From the IMG/VR virus record IMGVR_UViG_3300020473_000011, positions 217,558-281,557 of that record: a stretch of 64,000 nucleotides of DNA. One strand, written 5' to 3'. This document shows positions 8,836 through 19,000 of the stretch, piece by piece (the first letter of the stretch is position 1; every line of letters begins with the position of its first letter). Made by a program: the position numbers and the translations under genes. The notes beneath the pieces were generated by a model. The model was not told the origin of the DNA, did no database searches, and saw nothing but the letters and a program-made list of their open reading frames with translations.

Positions 8836-10584
8836 CTATACCTCCAAACTTAGTGTAGATTTCGCGTAGGAACGCCAAAATTTGTGGATTCCTTCGCTGA
8901 ACAGCTTAGATTCTGCGGCTTTTACGTTATCTTTAACGAACAAAGCAAGCAGGCTCTCAATTCTTGCCAACAACTTACCCTTTGATTTCTCGAAGTGGTC
9001 GGCATCCTTGTACTTACTTGAAGACGCAAGAACGACTTCTTTGTAAGACAACAATTGGTAGGCATCGTCGATAGTGTCAACTAGCGCATAGTTGCTGCAC
9101 GTTAGGCAGCTATCAAACATCGTACACGGCATTTCCTCAGCACTGGCTAGACCAAGCTTCTCAAGGATAGGCGCATGTTTGCGTTGTGATTTAGTTGGGT
9201 TTGCACCCTCATACGGGTTAGAACAACGACCGCCCGATGGTACAGCCTCATTCTTTTTGTACTTCTGGTTTATGGCATCCAGCGGTAGTAGCTCAATACC
9301 AAGCTCGTCAGCAAGTTCTTGCTTGGCCTCGTCGACCGTCAAACCCTTACCGAGTTTACTTAATACTGTGATGGCTGCGTGTGACTGCTCGTAGTTCTCC
9401 GCTTCGTTACCACTGCCGAGGTAGTGCTCAACTGCGACGCCTGTTGAGTGCCCAGCGTCTTTTGCAGCGGCTACGATACCTGCTGCTCTGGTAGCTGTTT
9501 GGAAACGGTTTTTACGGAAGCGCTCGGCACTAAGCATTAGCTTGGAACCATCGTCAGCCTGTACCTTAAAATGTCTGAATAACATATCAGACACAGCGGT
9601 GATGAAGTTCATCACAGGCTGAACAATCTTGCCGTTGACTTGTAAGAAACTAAATAACTTCCCATCAGCTGCGGGATTATGCTTTGTATTCTCTAACAGT
9701 AGCTCTACCAGTGCTATCTCACGAGGTGTAGACATTAAGCGCGAAACATCATGGTTCGCACGTGCTTTATGCGCATTGATCTCATAGACTGTGCTCGACT
9801 TAGATTTTTTGCGCGTGATACAGTCAATTGTTAGGCTCTGCAATACAGCCGTATTTAGACCTGTGTATAGCGATAAGCGGAACATGCCTAGGGTACTTAA
9901 TAGCCACCAAGCTGTCCCTTTAGCCTCTGGTACGTTATAAGAAAAATTGCGGTCATTAGCCCTCAAACTAAACGTGCTACCGTTAGGGTTGGCTTTCAAT
10001 TGCTTAGACAGCTGGTCGTGCAAGTCACAAACCGCTTTCTTTAGGCAGCGTTGCTCGGTCTGAGAGTAAGCGCGGCGTACCTCACGACCACCACGTTTAA
10101 CAAAAGGCGGCGTGGCTCCTATGATCGGCTTAGGGTCAATACCCGCGACCACCAGTAGCTTCTTGTAAGCTGACCAGTCCCCCCATGCGGTTGATTGCTT
10201 GTAGCGTACCCGAGGGTCACGTACTTTTTGAGTCCAGTACTCAATGACCGCGTTACCACCTTCTGGTGAATCTAGGCTTACTTCTAATTCGTCACTTAGG
10301 GCTGTGAGTTTGCACCAGCGCTTATACGTTGACTTAATAGTGCTTGCGCTATTTGTCGCTGTCGTAACCCATTCCCATAATGCGTTAACGATGTGCTGGC
10401 GTGCTGGCACAAGCTCAGCATGCACGTCGCAATTTAGATGGTAAAGATGTGATACAGCCACTTCGTAATTTTCCCCGCTTGGAAGCGTTACCTTACGCGA
10501 TTGTGCGTGCATTGGTAAAGCCAGCGCTGTAGGCTTACTCGGGGCTTTTAAACTTGATGCACGTGATCGACTAATTCTTCGCAT
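8836..10584 (-). CDS. Degenerate tyrosine-recombinase-fold protein (GinB-like)
   Basis: YTGLNTAVL (catalytic R replaced by N), ERFRKN, AGHSTGVAVEHYL; C-terminal GGRC...CTMFDSCLTC. Confidence 0.7.
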   Translation of the reverse strand: MRRISRSRASSLKAPSKPTALALPMHAQSRKVTLPSGENYEVAVSHLYHLNCDVHAELVPARQHIVNALWEWVTTATNSASTIKSTYKRWCKLTALSDELEVSLDSPEGGNAVIEYWTQKVRDPRVRYKQSTAWGDWSAYKKLLVVAGIDPKPIIGATPPFVKRGGREVRRAYSQTEQRCLKKAVCDLHDQLSKQLKANPNGSTFSLRANDRNFSYNVPEAKGTAWWLLSTLGMFRLSLYTGLNTAVLQSLTIDCITRKKSKSSTVYEINAHKARANHDVSRLMSTPREIALVELLLENTKHNPAADGKLFSFLQVNGKIVQPVMNFITAVSDMLFRHFKVQADDGSKLMLSAERFRKNRFQTATRAAGIVAAAKDAGHSTGVAVEHYLGSGNEAENYEQSHAAITVLSKLGKGLTVDEAKQELADELGIELLPLDAINQKYKKNEAVPSGGRCSNPYEGANPTKSQRKHAPILEKLGLASAEEMPCTMFDSCLTCSNYALVDTIDDAYQLLSYKEVVLASSSKYKDADHFEKSKGKLLARIESLLALFVKDNVKAAESKLFSEGIHKFWRSYAKSTLSLEV

Positions 10585-11842
10585 GACCTTCCCCTAGTAA
10601 AGCTATTTCAAGTTCACGGTCACGAGCCTCAGCGATGTATCGTGCTGCGTCGTTACCATTTACGAAGTCTAGGTAGTCCATTAAGGTTTTAACGTCCTCG
10701 TGACCCATCCAGCGCTGTAGAACACTAAGCGCACTGCCACTGTTCATTGTTTCCAATAGCTCAGATAGGCGGTGTGTTGCATACGTCGAGCGTAAATCGT
10801 GGAATGAATACTCGAATGGGTTTGAGGTTTCGGCGCGTATCAGGTCAACCACGCGACGAAAGCCTTTGTACGCAGCTGACTGACCGAAGCCTAGACCTTT
10901 CTGAGTAATGAATAATGGTATGTTACCGCCGTCAAACGCGTCGCTTGCTTCAAATAGCGCACGGCGCTTCTTGTGTTTCTCTGATGAGCGGTAATCTAAA
11001 AGTTTGTTGTTTAACCAGTCAGGCATTTCGATTGGGCGGTCTTTGTTGCCCTTAGTTTCGTTACCACCTGTACTTAAACCAATCCAGACTTCGTTACCAC
11101 CTGATAGCTTAGCGTCGACTAATTTCTCTGTGTACGTAGCAACTTCGGTAATACGCATGCCTGTAAACAACGACAGCTGAACCATCAATTGAGTTTCTTC
11201 GTTTGCACGTACTAGGTAATCCCCCAATAAGCGTAGGTCTGACAAGGTTAAAGGACGTAGCACACGACCCCCTTGTTTCTTACCACCGACAATACGTAGG
11301 TCAGTACTATCAACCACAATTTTCTTAGTGGCCATCGTATCGCTTTTAAGGTTGTGGGTGAGTGATTCACAGCGGAATGGGGCGCGGCGTTGGTCATATT
11401 CGAATACGCCCTCATACAGCGCCCATTTGTAAAAACTCACGACAACATTCATGTAGCTTTTAGCTGTAGACGCAGCTAACGTACCGCCATCAACGGCAGC
11501 TTGCAGCGTATCTCTGAAAACGTAAGTAGGGCGCGTAGACGGCGTCGTACCAAACGTAAACCAATCAAAGTTGTTAATCTCTAAGAATCGGCAGTAGAAG
11601 AGTAAAGCTGTAGCTGTACTAGATAAACTCTTTAGGTTCTTACGCAGCTTACGGTCGAAGAAGTACATCACCGCCTCTTGAACGATTTCACCTTCTCCAT
11701 TGAATAAAACTGGGAACCTATCAATCGTACGTGATACCTCATCGCTGAACACGGCCAACAGTTCGCCAGCGTCTTCTGTGATCTCAACCGATTTATGCAA
11801 CGGCATATCGGTAATCCAATGTAGGTAAGCTTCTTGTGTCAT
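10571..11842 (-). CDS. Tyrosine recombinase/integrase (GinA-like)
   Basis: FTGMRITEV, TKGNKDR, FHDLRSTYA, WMGHEDVKTLMDYL: complete R-K-H-R-H-Y set. Confidence 0.92.
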   Translation of the reverse strand: MTQEAYLHWITDMPLHKSVEITEDAGELLAVFSDEVSRTIDRFPVLFNGEGEIVQEAVMYFFDRKLRKNLKSLSSTATALLFYCRFLEINNFDWFTFGTTPSTRPTYVFRDTLQAAVDGGTLAASTAKSYMNVVVSFYKWALYEGVFEYDQRRAPFRCESLTHNLKSDTMATKKIVVDSTDLRIVGGKKQGGRVLRPLTLSDLRLLGDYLVRANEETQLMVQLSLFTGMRITEVATYTEKLVDAKLSGGNEVWIGLSTGGNETKGNKDRPIEMPDWLNNKLLDYRSSEKHKKRRALFEASDAFDGGNIPLFITQKGLGFGQSAAYKGFRRVVDLIRAETSNPFEYSFHDLRSTYATHRLSELLETMNSGSALSVLQRWMGHEDVKTLMDYLDFVNGNDAARYIAEARDRELEIALLGEGHAKN

Positions 11843-12966
11843 ACTACTGCTGCCTTTTTAAAGTCGTCTAGTGTCCAAGTATCAAAGTAGCCTTCGTTAC
11901 CGTCACCCTCACAGGCCGCATAGGCCATCTGGCCGTAGCCATAACAGTTGAACTCACAATTAACGAGGTCGGCACTATCGGCAAGGTCAGTGTGTGTTTT
12001 ACGGTCGTATTCTTCCATGCCCATTGCTTGGATGGGGCACTCTTCGTCACAGCCTTCTGGCGTTATTAAATGGTTATCTTTTACGTAGGTTTCCATGACG
12101 CGTTGCGTGGCGTCGCCGAAGACTCCCGCTACGAACTCTTCGCGCGTTTCAGTACGCATACCGCTGCCTGATTCAAAGGTTGGAACGTCTAAGCCTGTGT
12201 TAGATTCGAAGAACTCAAGGTACGTCGTTATGTTGTCTTTTAGCGGCTCACCTGTACGCTTGGCGTAAGTCGATTTGTCGTAACCTGTGTCACGAAAGTC
12301 GCTCTCTACGTACTCAGCGCCTGACCATTCTTTAATAACGGCGAGTATAAATTTTTGACGGAAGCCGTCTTTGTTTTCGGGATCGACGTACTTAGTAAGG
12401 ATTGCGTGCAGCTCGTCGAAATGGTCTGCCGTGACTTCAATAGGCTGCTCACTTGCTGCTTGAAAGTCGTTGAATGTCCAGTCTTGAAAGTCAGCATTCT
12501 CAACAAAGCTATCCCGTAGGGCAGTGCCTAGTTGCGTGTAGCCCACAAAAATTGACTCTAACGCTAATTCTTCGGCATCTGTTTCAGCTTCGGCTCCCAT
12601 AATGTACTTGTGAGCTTCTTCGTGATTTAAAGGACGCTTTTTGTCGTATGACATGCCCAAAAAGTTTTTACGCACATAGTGCTGAACAAAGCTACTCGTT
12701 AGTGAATGTAGGAACTGGTAGACCGCCTCGTCGTAGCGTAGGTACTGACGGCATAGGTCTGTGAGATATACGTCGGGACGTACGTCACTTTCCATTAAGC
12801 ATAGTTCTTTGAATGTCGTAGCATCGTCGGCATCTGGCCATACTTCTGTAACGTAGCTAACAAACTTTTGGAATGCGAAGCCTTTCTTACCTGTTTCGTA
12901 AAACTTAGCTAGTCCAGCTTCTATCTTTTCTAAATCTTCTAACGTAACGACTCTTAACGTGGTCAT
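11839..12966 (-). CDS. Acidic hypothetical protein (375 aa) coupled to the integrase
   Basis: ATGA overlap with the integrase start; AGGA-free but clean long ORF. Confidence 0.7.
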   Translation of the reverse strand: MTTLRVVTLEDLEKIEAGLAKFYETGKKGFAFQKFVSYVTEVWPDADDATTFKELCLMESDVRPDVYLTDLCRQYLRYDEAVYQFLHSLTSSFVQHYVRKNFLGMSYDKKRPLNHEEAHKYIMGAEAETDAEELALESIFVGYTQLGTALRDSFVENADFQDWTFNDFQAASEQPIEVTADHFDELHAILTKYVDPENKDGFRQKFILAVIKEWSGAEYVESDFRDTGYDKSTYAKRTGEPLKDNITTYLEFFESNTGLDVPTFESGSGMRTETREEFVAGVFGDATQRVMETYVKDNHLITPEGCDEECPIQAMGMEEYDRKTHTDLADSADLVNCEFNCYGYGQMAYAACEGDGNEGYFDTWTLDDFKKAAVV

Positions 12967-13002
12967 AGGAATACTCTAAAGCTACATCAATAACTTTATT
13001 AT

Positions 13003-13051
13003 ATTCCATACTTTCCATAATTACAATAAGGCTACATTACTTTCCATAGAA
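13003..13051 (+). repeat. TTTCCATA repeat cluster upstream of the recombinase operon
   Basis: ATTCCATA 13003, TTTCCATA 13012, ATTACAATA 13020, TTTCCATAGAA 13041. Confidence 0.7.
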
Positions 13052-16000
13052 TTAGGCTAGGTTACCCCATATAACGTACCCGTATTCGGTATCTCCCAGC
13101 GTATAACGGCGATATAGCCAGCTACCGTCATCAGGGTCTCTGTACAGGATAGGCTCAACCACACCGTTTCGTATTGCCTCGATCATAGCTGCACGTGGTG
13201 AGTAAGTTCCTCGTGCTGTTCCGTTTTGCACTTTCTCGATCAACTCTTCACGGTACTTAGTACGCAAGTCACGTAACCACTGCATCAGGTCAATCTGAAC
13301 GATACCTGCCTTATAGCGTCGGAAGTCCTCACTTCGGAACTTAATAGGCAAGTTAACATCAACCCTGTCATGGAACGGCAATGGCTTCATAAGTGAGTAG
13401 TCGATGCTATCAAGCACAGTGGCCATATCAACAGCATACTCTACAAACAGGTCATCAGACTTAGCCACGGCCGCTTGCTTATAGCGGTCAATAATATCGA
13501 ACGTTGGAAGAATATTACCGACTAGCTTCGCGTAGTCAGCCGTGTCCATCGGCTTCATCATACGGTAGTGCATGTTCGCAACAGGGTCACTGAGCAGGTA
13601 CTGCTCGTAAGCTTGGCCAACGGCATTCACCATATCTTGGTAACTCGCGTACTTAGAGTGCAGCACGCCACCTGCTTCGGCACCTGTTGCCTGTGCGTAC
13701 GCTTCATCAATACGCGCGTCACTCAAGCCCATTGCCTTCAATGAACTGTAGAGCGAAGCAAGACCTTGCTCGTACTGCTCGTACAGACGGTCTAAGCGTT
13801 TTGCACTCACAGACTCTTGGTCATACTCGTCGTACAACGCAGTGTCACCTAGGTTAGACTGATCGAACTTATTGTAGCTCTCCGTGTCGCCTAGCCCTGC
13901 TTGTGCTACATCGGCGAATAGCTCGCCTTGCCCTAGCTGATACTGTTTCAGGCGCATGTAGTGTGCCTTTGACACCTCTTTTGCTTGTGCAAAGAACATA
14001 TCAGCTTGTGTAACGCTTAACCCAGCTTGCAGTAGTGCATTGTAGATTTCAGGCGCAACCAAGTCAGACTGTACTAGCTTGTTGTAAATAGCGCTGTCGC
14101 TTTCCAGTGATTGCTTGTAGCTCTGGTATGAGTCTGTTGTCTCTGCCAGCGCTTGACGCATAGCATGGTAGAACTCCGTCATACTCTCAGGCTTTTGTGC
14201 ATACCACTGATTACCAAACCAGTTCTCGCGCATGACCTTAACGACCTCGTCGTGCTCTTTCTCAGACAAGGCGACCTTTTGTTGTTTGAAGTCCCAGTGG
14301 TCGATAGCCACTTCGGTCAAGTTTGCGACCCACTTCTGGTATAGCTGACTTTCGCTCGGCGCAGCAAGTCTCTCAAAATCAAGACTATCAGCCAGCTTTG
14401 TGATCGTCTTGCGTAGCACAATCTCAATCTTCTTCGCGATACTCGACACATTCTGTGGATTAATACGCTTCATATCTGTAATGCGTATATCCGACGATGA
14501 TACCTTGTCCCGCAACCCGATTGGTCGGTCGTTCAACAGACTGTAGCCACGGCCATCACGTCGCATCGCTATCCAAAAGTCGGTCGACACTATATCGCGT
14601 ATTGGTACATACGCCTTGTTGGCTGCATGACCCAGTGGCACACCCACTGGGAGTGATAAGCTATAGGCCGTTGACGTTGGACGTACATGCGGTGTAAAGC
14701 GCTTTTTAATGTCCGTCTTTGTCGCCATTTCTGACGTCAGTGTTTGATAGAACTTAGTGTGTGTTGCGTAACGGCTTTCACTTAGCTGGTGGTAGCCCGT
14801 ACCACTAAATACTTCGCTGTAGTTGTCCAGCTGTTCAAAATGGATCGCGTTAGAGAATACGTCGAACGGTGACCACTTCGTGTAGGTCACATCAGCATTA
14901 ACATACTCTGACTCTATGCGGATAAAATCTTTATTCACGTAGTCATGCGCTTGTGCATTACGCAAGCGTATTACATCGGTAATTTTCACGTCTGGACGCG
15001 TCCGTACATCTTGGTCATACCGACGGTTCACGTCGACAGCTGAGACCTCAAGCTGCACCGAGTGGATAATACGACTTAACGTATGTTGGTCGTAGCGCTG
15101 TGTCCATTTTGGTAAACGGTAGTTCTCCACAAATGTTCGGGTAGGGATGACCCAGCGGTCAGTCTCAACCGTAACAGGTATACGTTGACCCATCGCACTT
15201 TGTTTGTACAGTACGGATGAACCCACGCCTTTTATTTGGTCGAGCATCTTAACCCACGCACTACCTACAATGCTGATTGATGGCGCTGTCGGCATCATAA
15301 CTTGATGGTAGCGTGCGCCCTGCATCATTGGTGCCGCATGCTGCTGAGGTTTGACCCATTGCTCACCCGTCATACGCACAGCTGTGCTGGTGGTCGGATT
15401 AACCTGCTTAGTCAGAATATCTTGTGACAAACTCAATGAGTCCGTTTTCTTCTTGATAAGCTCAAGCTCTTGGGTTCCCATTATCTGGTCTGTACTTGCA
15501 CGGTACGGCGACTGTATATGACTGCGCCCTAAGCTCTGCGAGATATGACCGTAGTCTTGCAACCAGTTCGGCAGCCCATAAGGGAACGTATGGCGGAATT
15601 TAGGGAACCAGTACTCAGCCTTTTGAGACAGCGTACTTCTAAAGCCCGTCAGTGAATCGAACTTAACTTCTTGTAGGTTAAGACTCGCCTTAGCAACTTT
15701 CATTTCAATACTTTTCAGACGCATAGAGTCTGCTTGCGACCACGGGGTCAGCTCTATTCGCTGAGTTACATAGCGCGTCAGTGCCTTTCGGCCATTGATG
15801 AGCTGTAGTGACCCCGATACATGGAAATCACTCTTAGTCATCGTCAGTGCAAACGGCTGGAACTTCGACATGTATGTCGTGCTCATGAATTTACCGTCAC
15901 GTGGCTTATAACCCTTCACGGTCTTAACGCGCATGTGTCGCCCAAGTGCATCAGTCACACTCGGGATCTTCATGTGCTTGTAATGCTCCGTCGTTGCTTT

Positions 16001-19000
16001 CTCCATCTGAGCACCTGCCATCGCTAAGTGGAAGTCCGTTGCTTTTGCAAGGTCAACCGCTGCAAACTTTGGATTAAACCCACGCAGTACTTCAAGTGCT
16101 ACATCAGTCAGGACAGGATTCTCGGCATAGCCTTCCTTCACGGCCATCGTTTCGTGCAAGTTGATCAGGGGCTGCATTACTTTTGAGTGTGCGTCGGCTA
16201 AGCGTATCGTCGTTCCAAACACTTCACTTGTCGTGTCAATTTTTGGCACGTTGTCCATCGTGATCTTAATCAATTCGACGGCAGTCTCCATCGTGTTGAT
16301 TTGCAGCTTAGTGCCCGTAACATCAGCTAAATACTTAGCCCAGCGCATAACAACCGACTCGACATGCTTCATTGCAAGGCTGTGCGGTTCCATCACAAGC
16401 ATAGCAACGTCGTTCATGATGGCATTGTATGAGGTTTCCGATTGCATTAGCACATCATTCATCGCCTTGATTTGACTACCTGCAATATTAAAGTTAGCCA
16501 CTTCTGGTAACTGCTCTACAAAGTTGTCCATCAGCCTCATGTGAGTTGTTTGAAGTCCTGCTATCTCCATTGAAGACTCTTTACTCAGCGTCACCTTATT
16601 TTGCAGCGCACGTTGTGCAAGTCTATTTAGTAATACAGCCTGTTCAAGTATAGTAAGAGCATCTTGGTTTTGGTAGTTAACGCCAATTTCTTTCGTGAGC
16701 TGACGGTCGCGAACAAGCAGCAAGCGCTCGCCTAAGTGTGCTGCATAGCTCGTTAGGCTCGCCAGCGACACATTGTTTAGCTCTGTACGAATGTGACCAC
16801 CACGCGTTAGTTTTGCACTGCCCTGTAGCTCAGTTGTTTTGACTGTGCTTAACGGCAAACCATCCTCATAATGCGTCTGGCCACCTGCAACGCGTGTGTA
16901 CAACAAGCCATCGGCCGTCGTGTCTTGTGACATTACGACGGTAGACGCGACGCCGTGCTCAATCGCTTGTCGTAGCGTCTGGTACTCGACAGTTGTCTCG
17001 ACTAAATTTGACGCATAGTCAGTGCCTGCCACGACTGAGGCATCGCTACTTAGGCGCGACGTACGCTGAACGGCCGAAGTTTCAATACGGTCTACCCAAT
17101 AGCGCACCGATGGCTCTGACGTTAGTGTGACCGCCTTAACGTGTTTACGGTTAAGGTCATGACCTTGACGGTGATAGATGTCCTGCTGTGTGCTACTAAG
17201 TTTAGACGTAACCAGCTGTGTACCAACTTGCACATTAGTCCATGATGCTTTCGTAAATGGCAGCTCTTCGCGGTGTGCTGATATTGAATCGGCCGTAACC
17301 AGCTTAATTAGCTCATCAATCGTAATACCGACTTTATCTAGCTTGAAGTTAACTAAGTCAGAGAGCACGCGGCTATTCTTGTCGACCTTAGTGAAGACAC
17401 CTTTTGGTATGGCTTTCAGTTGGCTAAACGCCCAATCGACTAGATTAGACTTTACAGCTTTAAGCCAGTCATTCGTATTGTAGGCGACTGCCTCAGCCTC
17501 AATATTGCTAACAGCATCGCGGCCAATCAGCACCGCATTTATCTGTGTTGAGGTATTTGATTTAGTCTCAAAATCAACACCATTCAATACACGCGTAATC
17601 CCTGAGTCTATGGCTAGTTGGGCACTGTCCATTAAAGTTGTGGATGCGTGCAGGGCAGTGTCTAGTGTCTGTGTGTTCTTTGGCGAAATTGCTTGCGAGC
17701 GTATCAGTTTCACAAGGTCTTGGTAGTACGTTGACCCCGAAATCACGTCCATACCCACAGGTTGTGGGAACATCGGCACGCCAGCTCTTTGAACATCAAA
17801 GTTACTTGCTGTTAGTGAATAGTTCTCGACCTCTATGATACGCAGGTCTACCTTGTTCTCTACGCGGGTGAATGGCTGTAGCGTGAACGCCTGACCCTTA
17901 ACAAGTTCAGCACCTGTCTTAGCGCCACGCGCCACAAGCGTTGACGACTTACTCGTGCCTAGGAAGCCCTGCACGCGCAGTGGTACCGTGCTAAAGCGGT
18001 TAATGGAAGTCTGCGCCATGTAGTATTCTAGAACGCTCTCAGCCTCACTACGGGCTTCGGTAAGGCGCAGAGGAACCACATTAAGTGACACCTTCGTTTC
18101 ACCCATAGCAAAAGGTACTGCGTCCATAAAGCCACTACGGCTCTTTTCAACAGTGAACGTTAAGCGGTCAGTCCTTGTGCTCATACCACTGACTTTATGC
18201 AGTTGCAGCGTATTCTCTTTGGTTGACGCTTTGTGCTTCCCGAATGGGATCAGGCGTGCTTCACTTGAGAACAGATAGCCCATCTTATTTAGGTCTATCG
18301 TTGTGGCGAACTTCTTAATCGTGTGGTTAACGTAACCTAGCCCTTTTGCTTGCGCTAAGGTTGAGCGGTGTACACGGCTGGGTATTTTTAACCCATCGCT
18401 ATAATTCCACGCCGATCCTGATTGCATTTCAAAGGGTACAACCTGTGCTTGTGCTACACGATTGCCCGTGCCCACATCAAACGCTGCGCGCTGCCACTTG
18501 TAGGCTGCATCACGGAAAAGTCGCAGGGCGACTGTCGAGATAAAACCGCTTTGACTGTTCAGTGTAAAGGTGACATCGTCGTCAGCGACTGACGACCGAG
18601 CTAACGCATTGTATAACAGCTCAATTGTGCTTGAGAATGCGTTACTCTCGCGTGCATCATAGCTTACCGTTTCAGGTAGACTGCTTGTAAGGTACGCTGC
18701 CGTTAAAAACTTGACTAGTTCCGCCGCAGGGACATCCTGATCGTCTCTAACGAGATTGATTATGTCTGTCCCAGCGGTGCTCAAGCGTGACATTAAGTAG
18801 CTCACGTCCTCGGCACTATCAGACGACAACAATGCCCGTGTGAAGCGTACTTTATCGACCCCCGAGTCAATTGACCAATTGCTCAGTACTTCGTAAAAAA
18901 GCTCAGCTACGTCACTTGTTCCTTTTGCTTGAGAAAAGACCAGCTTTTGTGCAGCTGGCATATTGCCGCCATTATCCAGACGGGTATTAATCCCCACCAC

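Larger units (their letters stand above)
6003..13051 (-). mobile_element. GInt-like module: three tyrosine recombinases plus a small protein, bounded by TTTCCATA repeats
   Basis: Gene order and relative sizes fit the ginABCD architecture; related repeat clusters at both ends. Boundaries are inferred. Confidence 0.55.

Noticed and set aside
6323-11842. Classification as a RIT or Gamma-Mobile-Trio element
   Set aside because: RIT recombinases are three similar-sized ~300-400 aa proteins and GMT has three core genes; four genes with these sizes fit ginABCD better. Needs HMM confirmation.
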